From: the human T2T-CHM13v2.0 reference genome, Homo sapiens
Assembly: GCF_009914755.1 (NCBI RefSeq)
Contig: NC_060941.1
Strand: one strand, 5' to 3'
DNA: 64,000 bases
Every line of letters starts with the position of its first letter. Position 1 is the first letter of the stretch. The notes under the pieces were generated by a model. That model worked only from the letters and a program-made list of their open reading frames with translations. It was not told the origin of the DNA and searched no databases. The position numbers and the translations under genes are program-made. Shown in pieces: positions 16,936 to 31,992 of this stretch.

Positions 16936-17869
16936 TCTGATCTAGTAATTTTCAAGTTTTATTTTTTTTTTCAAGAAAATGCCTTTACAAAAAAACAAAA
17001 AGCAAAATTTTATGCAAACCCAAATATATCAAATACTTGAAACCATAGCTGCTTTCGTTGGAGGAAAAGAGAGCAGGGAACCTCATCTTCCCTCATGTCC
17101 ACTGAGGGGAGTCTTGGGGCTCTGAAGTATGTATTAATAGTTTGGAATCCCTTGCCCCTTGTTCAAACTCTGACCCTGTAACCACTTGCTGTAACAATCT
17201 ATAACCGTAGTAGCAACCAATAGACCTTCAGGTTTGCCCTGTTCCCTTTGCTACCTGGAGCCCCGTCTAGCTCACACCGCCCTCTTTGCTCTGATGGGCT
17301 TAACAACCTGTATGCCTGGGTCTGAGTGGCCTCGAGGCTGATGTGGTCAGAGTGGGACTTGCCAGAAAGCATCTTCACAGAGGGCTCCACTGCTCTTTGT
17401 GCCTCCTTTAGCATTTCAGCAAACTATTGGATTTCACTGTGACTTCAGCCCCTGTCTGATGAGTTTAAACAAATGAGGCAAATATGAATGAAATCCTCAC
17501 CTATAATAACAACAATTCAAGAGGAGGGCCCTTGGTCTTTGCATATATACAATAGTCCCCAACTTCTTGTTTCCTAAATATTTGCAACTCTGTATGCCAA
17601 AGGGTGAGCCCACAAGTGAAGGACGTGAGCTTGGAGGGTAAGAAAATTGTCTTCCTTTGCATTTAAGATGTTTTGAGACTAGGCCAACATGAGGCCCTGC
17701 CTTAGGTTTGGGCTTGGACAATTCTGCCTCTGTCTTCCTAAAGACTTCTATTTTAGAAGGAAAAGTTGCTCTTTTTCTTGGTCTGTCCCATATGTGTGTC
17801 TTGTCAGAAGGTCAGATGCTAGGTCAGGGGTCTTCATGTCCTCACTTTCCCCCCAGTTTGTCTTAGAGA

Positions 17870-18358
17870 CTGTGGGAATTCAAAATTTGATGACCACTTT
17901 GGAAAACAGTTTGGCAGTTTCTTGTAAAGTTAAACATTTTCCTACCTTATGAATAGATGTTTACTCAAGTGAAAAGAAAACATGCTCACTCAAGGGGCTG
18001 TACCTCAGTGTTCACAGCAGCTTTTCTCATAATTGCCAAAACCTACAATAATCCAGGTGCTTATCAGAATGTGAATGGATAAGCAATTGTGGTATATCCA
18101 TACCATGGAATACCACTCAGCAGTAAAAATGAACAAACCTTGAAACATGCAAAAACATGGATGGATCTCAAAGGCATTATGCTAAGGAAAGAAGCCAGGT
18201 ACAAAAGACTAAATCCTGTATGATTTTACTTCATGTGACATTCTTAAAAAAACAGGCAAAGCTATGGTAACAGAAAGCAAGCAGATAATTAGCTGTCTGG
18301 AGTTCAGGCTGGGGGAAGAGGATTGACTACAAAAGGGCATGAGGGAATGTTTTGGGAT
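17870..18358 (+). mobile_element. L1M (MD/ME) 3' fragment
   Basis: CACTTTGGAAAACAGTTTGGCAGTTTCTT; ATGGAATACCACTCAGCAGTAAAA; abuts an antisense L1 piece at 18360-18600. Confidence 0.8.
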
Positions 18359-18714
18359 AAAGTTTTGTGTTTTAGCTTTTGTATTTAGGTCTGTGGTTTA
18401 TTATGAGTTAAATTTTGCGTATAGTGTGAGGTAAGGATTGAAGTAGGTTTTTTTTGGTTTTTGTTTTGTTTTGTTTTGTTTTGTATGTAGATATCTGTTG
18501 TTCCAATACATTTGTTGAAAATGTTCTCACTTTCCCATCAAATTCTTTTTGCATCTTCCTCAAAAATCAATTGGCCATATGTATGTCTGTGGATTGTAAT
18601 TATTTTTCAAATGATAGATTTTACTTTAAATTTGCAATTAAAAAATCTGACTTTCCCTCTAGCTGTAGACTCTGCCTTTGACATGACTGCTTCCTAATAG
18701 TAATAACTGGTGTC

Positions 18715-18950
18715 ATAATAGCTAACATTTACTGAGGACCTACCACCTACCTAGCACTATTTCAAAACTTTTACATCTATTAACTAACATAACCCTCACA
18801 ACTACCCTGTGAAATATGTTCTATTATTTCCATTTTACAGAGGAAAGAACAGCTCTGTAACGTTAAATAATTTGTGCAAGTTCCAAAGCTAAAATAACAA
18901 AGCTGGGATTTGATCCAGGCAGTCAAACTCTCACAGACCGCTTAAATTCA
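18715..18950 (-). mobile_element. MIR
   Basis: ATAATAGCTAACATTTACTGAG...CCATTTTACAGAGGAAA core. Confidence 0.8.
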
Positions 18951-19969
18951 GCCCTGCAACTGTCTCTCCGTCTCTCCCCAGCTCCTGGCGTATAGTAAGT
19001 GCTCAACAAGCGTTAATGGAGTCAGTAAATAGAATAATAATTTATAACACCAACTTGTGATTATTTACGTGTTTATCATTGCAACTTGATGGCGTGCTCC
19101 TTTGTTACAGAAGGAAATGTACCGTTGACTAATTCTAAAACATTTAGTGAGGCTTAGTAATGTGTTAAACAGTGTGCCAGATGGGAGAAACACAAAGATG
19201 AAAACACGGACAAATGATTAAATGAATGAACAAACACATTGGCTTAACCTGGTAGATTCTGTTCCCAAAAGGGTTGACTTAACTTACAAAACTATCCCTA
19301 GGATGTAGATTTGGAGTGGGAGCCCGACTGCTTGCTGTAGCTCCAACTTTCTGATCTTCAGTTGGATCATCCAAGGCATAGGGCTAATAAAACCTGCCCT
19401 GCATACCTCTTAGGGTTATTGTGAAGTCAAAATAATACTGCCCATAAAAGAATTTAGTAAACTGTACAGAGCTAAGCAGATGTCAGAGGCCGTCACCTTG
19501 ACTTTAAACTTGTTCCAGGTGGTGCAAGGCCAAAAAAATATGTGATCTGCTCATGTGTATGTTTTGCAGCCTCTTTCTCAGGGCAGCAGAGCGGGTGCAG
19601 ATTGCAAATCCACCAATGGTGCACAAGAAACCAGAAGGTAGGAGCTGACTCCAGCCTGGAAAATGTTCAACAGATTCTGTGCTGCTCATGAGGGGCACTG
19701 ACAGTTTATTCTCACATCCTGGCTTCTGGCCTGAATAGAATCCCCACAGATTGGAGTACTGGGTGTAAGCATGTGTTAGGTGCCTGTGTGCCTGCTCTTG
19801 CACGGCAGGGCTGCACAGAGAAAAGCCCTGATGCAGGAGATGGACAGAGAAGACTGGACAGAGGCCTTAAAGTCCTTTGGATGTTGGGGATGAGCGTTAA
19901 CTTTGTCAGTATCAGGAAGCTGGGAACTTCTCTCTCGATAAGAAAGAATAGAAAAAGAAAATCTATCTT

Positions 19970-20085
19970 TTTATTCAATTCAATTCAATAAATGTTTATT
20001 GAACACCTACTGTATGCCTGGCATTGTATTAAGTACTGTGGGGACCGTAAAGATGAACAAGATCCTAACCACGTCCTCTGGGAGC
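19970..20085 (-). mobile_element. L2 3' end
   Basis: ATTCAATAAATGTTTATTGAACACCTACTGTATGCC. Confidence 0.8.
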
Positions 20086-20645
20086 AGGTGTGCCCTCAAT
20101 AAACCGAGGTACGAAGGGACATGACTTGTAAAGAAGTCAACCCACTGAAGGTTGTCCTCTGAGCCTCATGGGCTCTCTTGGTTTTGGCTGCATCTGGATT
20201 TCCACACAAAGCTCATCTCCTTCCTTGGCCTCCACTTGAAAATTAAACACTCTAAGCATGCATTGCTGAGTGTCAGTGAGCATGTCTGATGCTTTACTGG
20301 AGCTGTGGCATGTGATGGTGGAGGGGTAAAATTCTCAATACTTAGAGTTTACCCAAAACATGCCAATTCCACAGTTTCTCCCTAATCTCCCCTCCCAGCC
20401 CCAGCCATGAGGCCTGAACCTCTTCCATCCTCCCCCAGGCCTCTCCCTTACTCCTGCCATTTTCCTTTGGCAGATTCATTTCCTTCCATAGAAACCCTGG
20501 GATCCAAACAGGACTGGGAGGTTCTTTCTCCTTCCATAGACCCCTCATCAATACCAAGTGTCTTCTTTACCAAGAAGCTCTTTCCCTGCAAAGGAACGCT
20601 AAGAGAAGCACTTGGAAAATATACACAGACATAGGATTTACCAGT

Positions 20646-20999
20646 TGCTATGGCTGTGTACCCGCAAATTCACATGTTGAAACCTAACCCCCAATGTGAT
20701 GGTATTAGGAGGTGTGGCTTTTGGGAGGTATTAGGTCATGAGAGCAGAGCCATCATGGATGGGGTTAGTGCCTTTATAAAACAGACCCCAGAGGACTCCC
20801 TTGCCTCTTCTGCCATGTGAGGACTCAGCAGGAAGGCATCACCTGGCAATCGGGAAACAGGCCCTCCCCAGACAATAAATCTGCCAGCAACTTGACGTTG
20901 GACTTCCCAGCCTCCAGAACTGTGAGAAAGAAATTTCTATTGTTTATCAGCCACTCAATTTATGGTATTTTGTGATAGCAGCTTGAATGGACTAAGACA
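20646..20999 (+). mobile_element. MLT1A0 solo LTR
   Basis: TGCTATGG...CAGCCTCCAGAACTGTGAGAAA...GGACTAAGACA. Confidence 0.9.
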
Positions 21000-21013
21000 T
21001 GAATTAGTTACTA

Positions 21014-21222
21014 GTTTTTTTTGATTGAGGTAAAATATGCATACATAACACAAAATTCAACATTTTACCCATTTTAATGTGTGTAATTCAGTGGCTTTTA
21101 GTACATTCAAAATGTTGTGCATCAGTATCTAATTCCAGAACAATTAATTTCATCACCCCCAAAAGAAACCCTGTACCTGTTAAGCATTCACTCCTCATTT
21201 ACTGCTCCCCCAGCCACCGGTA
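21014..21222 (-). mobile_element. L1MB 3' end
   Basis: AATTCAGTGGCTTTTAGTACATTCA...TTTCATCACCCCCAAAAGAAACCCTGTACC. Confidence 0.8.
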
Positions 21223-21464
21223 GTTATTTGTGTTGACAAAACTGGTTCCATTTACATGGCTCTATGGTTTGATTTTCTCACTTGAGACATCAGAAACATC
21301 CCTTTCAGTTTAAAAGTCGATTTTTATTTTCATGGCTGCAATGCAATTTTGTGACTTGCCTATACCACAACTAGTAGACATTTTCCTGTTGATAATCAGT
21401 TGTTTCCCTGTCTGAGCCTCTTCAGTGATCGTTGTTTGCATGTTCTCAGGTTCTGCTACTCAGT

Positions 21465-21760
21465 TTTTTATCTTATTTTGTTATTTTTTTAATCACTCTG
21501 TCACCCAGGCTGGAGTGCAGTGATGTGATCATAGCTCACTGCAGCCTCAAACTCCTGGGCTTGATCTATCATCCCACCTCAGCCTCCCAAGTAGCTAGGA
21601 CTACAGGTGTGCACCACCACATCTGGCTAACTTAAAAAAATTGTAAAGATGAGGTCTCCCTTTGCTGTCTGGGCTGGTCTTGAACTCCTAGCCTCAAGCA
21701 ATCCTCCTGCCTTGGCCTCCCAAAATGCTGGTATTACAGGCATGAGCCACATGTCTGGCT
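21465..21760 (-). mobile_element. AluJ
   Basis: ATCATAGCTCACTGCAGCCTC diagnostic. Confidence 0.9.
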
Positions 21761-21771
21761 TGCTACTATTA

Positions 21772-22078
21772 GTTGTTGTTGTTGTTATTTTTCTTTGAGA
21801 TAGGGTCTTGCTCTGTTGCCCAGGCTGGAGAGCAGTAGTATGATCATGGCTCGCTGCAGTCTTGACCTCCCTGGGCTCAAGTGACCGCCCACCTCAGCCT
21901 CCTAAGTAGCTGGGACTACAGGCGTGCATCACCACACCTCGCTAATTTTTGTATTTTTTGTAGAGATGGAGTTTTGCCATGTTTCCCCAGCTGGTCTTGA
22001 ACTGCTGGCCTCAAGTGATCCTCCTGCCTCAGCCTCCCAAAGTGCTGGGATTACAGGCGGAAGCCACCGCAGCCAGCC
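21772..22078 (-). mobile_element. AluJ
   Basis: (GTT)n tail; AluJ diagnostics. Confidence 0.9.
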
Positions 22079-22499
22079 CTATACTACCAGTTTTTAAAAG
22101 TTGAGTCCCCAAATGAAACTGCTTTGCCAAGGGCCTAAGAATTTTTAAATGTAATAGATATTAGAATATTACTTTCCCTAAAGGTTCGTACAGTATTTTT
22201 TTTTGTATCAATGACATTTTATTCTCTGTTCAGAAAGACCTTGCACATGACTCCAGTGTCACACATCCTTTAGTCTCTGCCTTTGTATGATCTTCACTTT
22301 CATATATTTGAGGAGATCTGGGCCCCTAATGCACTTGAAGCCGGGATAAACAAGAAGGGTTTGCCCCCAGGGACCTGTTCCCTATGCTCTGGGCTTTTCT
22401 GTGTACTCTCCTGGGGCAGATGAGATTGGCAAAGACTGTCTGTTGATTTTCTAACTTTTAGCAGGTTCAACTGTGGTGGTCCTTTCTGTTCTTCAGTAA

Positions 22500-22792
<293 letters not shown>

Positions 22793-23152
22793 TTTTTTTC
22801 TTTTTCTTTCTTTTTTTTTTTTTTTTTAGTAAGCATTTTCTTTTAGAGCAGCTTTAGATTTACAGAAAAATTGTGATGATAGTGCAGGGAGTTCCCATAT
22901 CCCCCACACCCAGTTCCCCCATTAGGAACATCTTACACAGGTGTGGTACATGCGTTACAATGAATGAACTGCTACTGATACATTACTATTAGCCAAGGTC
23001 CATCCTCTACTCAGATTTCCTCAGCTTTTATCTAATGCCCCTTTTCTGTTTCCGGTTCCCATCCAGGATACCGTATTAGATTGAGTTGCTTTGTCTTCTT
23101 AGGTTCCTCTTGGCTGAGACAGTTTGTCAGATTTTCCTTGCTTCAAATGACC
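22793..23152 (-). mobile_element. L1MC/MD 3' end
   Basis: TTAGAGCAGCTTTAGATTTACAGAAAAATTG...CCCATCCAGGATACC. Confidence 0.8.
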
Positions 23153-23182
23153 ATCATATAGCACTTTAAAAGATGAGATTTC

Positions 23183-23477
<295 letters not shown>

Positions 23478-23797
23478 AAGAGAAGATTTCTTCTTTATCA
23501 TTAAAGGCATTATATAAAGACCAGCGATAGATGAATTCTGCCTGGGATGATGTGAGAAGGCTTCTTGGAAAATGCATGATTTGAACTGGGCCTTAAAGGG
23601 TGGCTTGGTAGGTAGAGATGCTGCAGAAAGCTTCTGGGCAGAAGCGATTATGTGAGTAAAACCACAGCCATGGGAATGTGTTGATGCGCTCTGGGAGTGG
23701 GAATTAGCGCAGCAGGGGTAGGGCATGTGGGGGCCCTAAGAAATGCATTTAGTGCAGTAAGTGGGCCGGTCAGGGCACGCAGACATGGCTAGTTTAG

Positions 23798-24141
<344 letters not shown>

Positions 24142-25023
24142 TTCCCTACTTCTTTCTTACCTCTTTTTCTAGCATGACAAAAGAAATAGCTTATCAGAGA
24201 AAGAAGAGACCCCTGCCCAACACGGCCCGAGGGTGGTGTCTGTCGGAGGGACTTGACACACAGATGTAATCTGACCTTGCCAGTCTCAGGAATCAAGCTC
24301 CCAGTGTGTCTCTCTCTATTATTGCAGATGTCCGTAGCCTTTGTGGGGTTAATAAGGGACACCATTTCTAAACTATTTTAGAGATTACTTTACAAAGTCA
24401 TAAAAACGCACAATTCTACCAACATTATATTACGGTTGCTAAAAATATCACATGACCATTGGTTAGCTCACAGCAATAGATATCCCACAGACTAATTTAA
24501 TCACTGGCAGGAGGCCACGCAGTCTCCAGACAGGATCAGAATCAAACTGAGGGCTGCTAAATTTAGAAATATAAATTTGGGTTTGTTTAGAATGATTTGA
24601 AAACTGAAAGAACACATAAGCCAGGACGCAAGTGTGGTTGTCTGCTCCGAAGGCAGAGCCTTTGTGGCATTCCTTGATCGCCTTGCACTTTGGTCTGTCC
24701 TGCAGACCCAACCCTGCTTTTGGCTTTTCATTGGAAATATTAGGTCAGGGACCCACGTTTGAAAGTCAGAGCAGACCTTTGATGTCGTCTGGGCTGGACC
24801 TACATTCTTCTTCTGGATATGATACCATTGTCATTGGCTTACTGTGAGGCCTCTATGACAGATTGATTTTAGGGTGACTATAACAATTCTCCTGTTCCTC
24901 TCTTTGACGTTGGGTCAATGCTACCTACTTTTCCCACCCTGATGTAAGAATGAGTGTCTGCAGAGTCGCCTTGAGGTTTCATCTGGGGCCAGGAGGCTAA
25001 CGAGTCCCGTAGGGAATGACTGA

Positions 25024-25397
<374 letters not shown>

Positions 25398-25719
25398 GTG
25401 AAGACGACCTTAAGACACAAATGTCCTTAGCCACAGGAACTCTGGGTAGGTGGGGATTCAAGTGGGTGATGGCCAGGTATGGAAAGGGGAGTGGTGAAAC
25501 TCACTCATGTTACTATTTGGGATGTTGTCCCTAAAATCACTGAGGAAATCAGCATGGTTGAGTCAAAGGGCCCTTGAGTACATATCAGCATAACCAGCCC
25601 GCTTATCCAGCCCCAAGTACTTCTCATGTGGCCTTCAGGGTATCTGTGACTCCCCTCTTCCTTGCTCAGGATGCAGGAGGAAGAGGTCTCACCCATTGTC
25701 ACTACTTCCTATTACATAT

Positions 25720-26350
25720 CCCTCTTGCTGTCCTTCAAACATGCCAAATGCTTCCATGTCCAGGCTTTTGTCTTTACACCCTGCCTGGAATGCTCTTCCA
25801 GCAGATACTTCCATGAGCTTCTTCTCTCTTTATTTAGGGGTCAGTTCAAATGTCACCTCCTCCAAGATGTCTTCCTGGAAGTCATATCTACAACGGCTCT
25901 TTTATAGCCCCATTCTCTCTTCCTGCTTTATCTTCTTAGATATAACCCATTACTGTGTATTATATATCACATCATATTGTGGATATATATACACACACAC
26001 TATATATATATGATGTGATATTGTATATATACATAAATTAAAAAATATATATATATATTTTTTAGAGATGAGGTCTCCCTCTGTCACCAAGGCTGGAGTG
26101 CAGTGGCATGATCTCAGCTCACTGCAGCCTTGAACTATCGGGCTCAAGCAGTCCTCTTGCTGGGACCACAGGCACACATTATCATTCTTGGTGAATTTTT
26201 AAAATTTTATTAGAGACGGGGTCTTGCTGTGTTGCTCAGGCTAAATATTATACACTTATTTGCTTATTATCTATTTCCTCCACACAAATGCACACTACAT
26301 AAGGATGCTCAATAAACAGTTGTTGAATGAATAAATGAGTGAATGAGTGA
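25720..26350 (+). mobile_element. L2 3' region containing a partial antisense AluJ (~26055-26243)
   Basis: CCTGGAATGCTCTTCC...TTCAAATGTCACCTCC; terminal CTCAATAAACAGTTGTTGAATGAATAAATGA. Confidence 0.75.
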
Positions 26351-26649
26351 TGATAATGTCCATTCCTTATACTTGGATAAAACTTTACTACAAATATGGC
26401 TGTACATTTGCATGCAAATTCAATCAGGAATTCACATCCTCATTTTTTTAATATGTTGCTTATTTCTCCCTTGGTATTGTAACCACCCTTGTAAATGTGT
26501 AATTACCGACTGAGATACAGGCTCTGAAGGGAGGCCAGATAGACCACGGCCTCCCAGAGAGAGTATCCTTTGAGCTGGGAACTGAACGGCAGTAGTCTAT
26601 TGACTGGGTGAAGTGCAGCGAAGAACACTGCAGAGAAAACGGTATACAC

Positions 26650-27386
26650 ACTGTAGTTCCTCAATGTTATGGCACATATTTCTTCAGCTCTTCACCTTTC
26701 TGGCTTTGGAATAGCCTTAGAATCAATAGCCATCTCACGATCACTTTTGGTCAGGTGGCAGCCGTGACATATTGTCATTGCCTGGACTCACGAGATCTCT
26801 ACTGTTGTTGGTGATGGCATGGCTGGACAACAGAAGAGCCATCTGAGGGAGGCTTATCAGTCTCAATTGCCTTCTGAAAAACTCCCACTGACACCTTCTG
26901 GTTAGGCCAAGAAAGTGCCAACATCAAAAATTTGAGAATGCCTGTCCAGGCCTTGGGGAAAAAAAAAATCTAGAAGGCAATAGAGTTGCTGGGAACTGAA
27001 GATACCGAGTCATCAACACTCTTGAGGGCTCAGAGAAAGAAAGCTCGGAGGATGTGAAATAACACAGACATCGATGCCTCAGAGCTGAAAGCGATTCAGA
27101 AGTGCCAGACTCTCAACATGAGGAGATTTTGGAAATACCGTAATCAATGAGTTCAGCATGTATTTTCATTTTTATGTAGGCACAAGAGCAATAAACGATT
27201 CAGTCCTATGTCTAAAGAAGGCTACAAGAACTCCTTTGAGAAGCATAAAATAACAATTCTGAGCATTAATCATTAAGAAAGCATAGTGTCAAAATTTCAT
27301 CGGCAGAGATTTTTATTTCTTAAAGTTACATAAAGTAGCAGTACATCTTGGAATTGGTGAGATCTTGGATTGGATGGAATACAGTA
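26650..27386. mobile_element. TcMar-Tigger relic (Tigger13a-like)
   Basis: Terminal ATCTTGGATTGGATGGAATACAGTA; internal CACAGACATCGATG...AAAGCGATTCAGAAG. Confidence 0.65.
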
Positions 27387-28353
27387 AGATTGGTTTGAGG
27401 ATCTGAGGGTTGGGTTGGACAGTACCAGGGGACGTGGGCAAGCGGGTGGTGAGGAGCACCCATGTTGGTCGGAGGAGGCTGATCAGTGGCCCGTCACGGT
27501 GTGCCCTGAGAAGGGATAGCTTCTTCGAGATTGAACTAATGGGCTATTTTCTGCAACACCAATGCATTCTCATATTAATAGCCTTCAGCACAGTTTAAGT
27601 GTAAGAATTACTTTGCTACTGACATTGAGAAGAAACATATGGCAGATAGACACAATACTCATTCTCCAAATCACCCCAAATAAATAGAAAAATCCCAAAG
27701 GCACCCTTAGGGATATATAGAGAAGAGAAAAGGCAAGGCTGAATTAACATCTACAGGCCAGGAAGAGGAGGTCAGATGTCTGTGGAAATACTGTTTAGCT
27801 CTCCAGGTCATTCAGTATTTGCAAGCCGTAAATGAAATTGTCCAAATTTGTTTCCTCATGAAAATGTCAGCTTGAGAGCTTAAAGTGAGTAATTCTTTTC
27901 TTATGGTTTGAAAAAAGAAGCCCACTTTATTTTGTTGCCCTCAAGACAAAAGAGGCTTTTTGTTCTTGTTCCATGTTTCCAGTTTGCTGGTACTTTTCAG
28001 ATTTTCTTACATAGAGTGATGATATAAATTTTCAGGTGGAAGAAACTAGATGCTGACATGTTTGTTTGGTTTAAGCCAGAGCTGTCATCACCAATCTGCC
28101 GGGCCTGGAGGGATGGGGTTCTTGGTTCCCCCTTTCCCTGTTCCCCAGGTGAGATCTGTGACCCACAGATGACTCTTTTTTTGCAAGACATGTTAATAGG
28201 ATGGTGCATAAAAGGGATATGGCTACATAATTCTTGTTAATAAATGTCCTGTTTAGTTACCTCATGTTAATTAATCTCAAAGCAAAGACAGCTGTCAGAT
28301 TTTGTTTGGGTTCAAGCCTGAAAATAACTTGTAGCTTTTAAAAAATACCTAGT

Positions 28354-28524
28354 TTTTCTTTTCCTCTTTCTTCTTCTCCCTCTCCTCCTCCTCTTCTTCT
28401 CTTCGTCTCCTCCTCCTCCTCCCTTTCCTCCCCTTCCTTTTCTTCCTCTTCCTTCTTCCTCTCTTCCCCTTCCTCTTCCTTCTTCCTCTCTTCCCCTTCA
28501 TCCTCCTCTTCCTCCCCCCACTCT
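28354..28524. repeat. Polypyrimidine (CT-rich) tract
   Basis: ~170 bp almost purely C/T, with the repeated unit TCCTCTTCCTTCTTCCTCTCTTCCCCT. Confidence 0.95.
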
Positions 28525-28631
28525 TAATGTTTCTTTTTCAAAGAATAGAGCAGAGACCAATATGTAGTCATCTGGCTTGTGAGGGAATCATCAGCTGTCA
28601 TAGGTGGAAAGGATGTCAATGTGCACAGAAA

Positions 28632-28950
28632 CTGGTGGTTTTCAAGCTGCTCTGAGGAGCTGAAGGGTTTTAATACCCAATCTATGGGATGAAACTGGAA
28701 GGCCTGATGGGCGGGGCTTCCACCCCTCCTCTGATTCAGCCACAGTGCCTTGTTTTTCTTTTTGATTTTACATATGTGATTTCTGTCTCAAGTTTTGCAA
28801 GGAGAAGAAGATTTGAGTCTTGGAAAGGTCTGAAAGCTGCTGGTGCAAATCAAACCTCTCACTTACAGATGAGGAAGCTCATGTCCAGTAACGCAAAGTG
28901 ATTTGCCCAAGGTCGCAAAGCTTCTTGGTAAGGGAGTTGGAGCTAGGAGT
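28632..28950. mobile_element. hAT-Charlie MITE relic followed by MIR
   Basis: TIR-like CTGGTGGTTTTCAAGC...GTCTGAAAGCTGCTG; then TTACAGATGAGGAAGCT...GATTTGCCCAAGGTC. Confidence 0.55.
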
Positions 28951-29148
28951 CCTTTAGTTTCCCTGTTGTCTGGGGCTGAGTAGAGAGAGGTATTATTCTG
29001 AGAAGCAGAGAGAAAATGGAACATAGGAAAGTGTACTGTGTTTCCATCTCTCTGGGATGCCGAGTAAGACAGGTCTCTTGAAACACCTCTAGGGTGACAG
29101 AAGATGGCATCTCCACGATGATCAACAAGAACAACAATTCATGTGTGA

Positions 29149-29181
29149 ATCACTTCTTTGGCTTTTGGCTGAGATCAAGTG
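29149..29181 (+). pseudogene. U2 snRNA retro-fragment (first ~33 nt only)
   Basis: ATCACTTCTTTGGCTTTTGGCTGAGATCAAGTG versus U2 5' end ATCGCTTCTCGGCCTTTTGGCTAAGATCAAGTG; 14-bp TSD CAATTCATGTGTGA (29135-29148) / CAATGCACGTGTGA (29182-29195). Confidence 0.88.
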
Positions 29182-29469
29182 CAATGCACGTGTGACCTCT
29201 CGTCCTCTGGTGTCTCTGATGATTAGATGAAGACAGGTAAGTCTGCTATAGAGTCTTCAGAGTTTGTGCTGTAGAGCTGCCGCCATTTCCCAACTTCACT
29301 GCTAATACAATTTTTCTTCTATACTCTTTGGTTTATTTTTTATTATTTTTGGTGGATTCCTAGGAGAGATTTATAGAAATATGCACCAAGTCAGCCATAT
29401 TTCCCAGGAAGATTTACAGTTGAGTCATACTTTGATGTATTGACCAAGGCAAAGTTTTAAGGTAAATAA

Positions 29470-29813
<344 letters not shown>

Positions 29814-29904
29814 AAGATATTTATTTTTTAAAGCAATGTCTTTGTTATTACATAAAACAGTGAAGATTTTTTTGAGAGATTATACAGCATTGTAGTGGGA
29901 GACT

Positions 29905-30048
29905 GGTAAACTATCTCTGCTCCTTGCTAGTTATGTGACACTGGGAAAGTTACTTACCCTCTCTGTGCCTTGAATTTCCTCATCTGTAAAATGCTAATAA
30001 TAATAGCACCTCCATATAGGGTTGCTATGGGGATTAAATGTGTTAATA
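29905..30048 (+). mobile_element. MIR
   Basis: GTTACTTACCCTCTCTGTGCCT...TTTCCTCATCTGTAAAATG. Confidence 0.85.
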
Positions 30049-30197
30049 CATATTTAATTATATATACATATACATATAACAGCCAGGCTGTTATAACAAT
30101 GCCTGGCTTGGGATTCACTGTGCTTTGTTAATCTGAGTATTGGTATCTCTCAACAATTCAGGGAATTGCTTTAAACGTTGTTTCTACCCCTTCTGAC

Positions 30198-30875
<678 letters not shown>

Positions 30876-31034
30876 CAGCCTATTGACCTCCTCAGGACTC
30901 ATCTCTTTTGTATTTCTATTTCTTTGTCTCTGGAGGAACTTCTGAATAATTTTCTTGTTTCTAGCCTTTAAGTTATTCCTATTCTGATGCACTCTGTCCA
31001 GTATGCTTTGAGATCTATTTGTGATGGAGACAAC

Positions 31035-31697
31035 TTGCTGAACACAACAGTCCGTTATCTCCTTCTTTTGTATTAATGATATTGTAGTTGGACACCTGGA
31101 TACTAAGCTAGGTGACATTTCTCAGACACCTTTGCAGTTGCATGTGGCCAGGTAACTAACGCTTCAATAGAATGTGACTGGAAGTAATGTGGGCCACGTT
31201 AACAGAGCAGGTGCATCTCTTCTATAGCTTTTCTCCTTCTTGTGAGCTAGAATAATGCTATCCTAAAATTGTCTCCAGAACACAGCAAGTCCTTAAACTG
31301 TCACTGGTTTGCAATGGGATAAGTTGGAAAATGGAAAGAAAAGCACTCAGAAACACGGCAGTAATTCAACATTGTCACAATACCCAAATGTAGTCATTTT
31401 TCTGATAATTCATTTTATTACATTTTAAAAAAGGAATGGTTCAAAAGCATTGAAAAATAAAAACTATCTTATCACCTGCACCTGTGACCAGCTGAGATTA
31501 ATGTCCTAGGGGATAGTTGAGAAAGAAGAAGGAAGGAACTTGCATCCCTCAGTGACCACTCAGAGCAGAGCAGTCTGCCTGCTGCAATGTTCACCTCGGA
31601 CTTTACATGAGAGGGAATTAAACCATCATCTTTTTAAACCTGTCGAATGATTATTAGGCCTCTTTCTGTGGCAGTCAAACCTTACCTCATCACACAT
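31035..31697 (+). mobile_element. MLT1J-like LTR, interrupted at ~31260-31485
   Basis: CATTTCTCAGACACCTTTGCAG...GTGGCCAGGTAACTAA; ACCTCGGACTTTACATGAGAG. Confidence 0.55.
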
Positions 31698-31992
31698 CCA
31701 TCCCATTTTAAACCCCAATTCTTACATATTTTATTTCTAGAAATTGTATTTGATTATTTTAAATATCTCTTAATATTTAAAAATAAATTCTCATTCCTTG
31801 ATCATATTTGCAAGCCTCTGTTGTTTTTTAATCTTTCAACAGTTGTTAAAACAAAGTCTTGTTTCAGCACCAAGCTGCAACAGACATGAACTTTCAAATG
31901 GAGGTGCCAAATGTCCACGTGCAGATATTCATCAGGAATTTCTGAGAAACTTGCTCTGAAACACTGAGACTCTCTCAACTACTTGAAGAATA

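Noticed and set aside
25964-26021. 14-bp inverted repeat ATATCACATCATAT...ATATGATGTGATAT
   Set aside because: Lies in TA-rich low-complexity sequence where such fold-backs are common.
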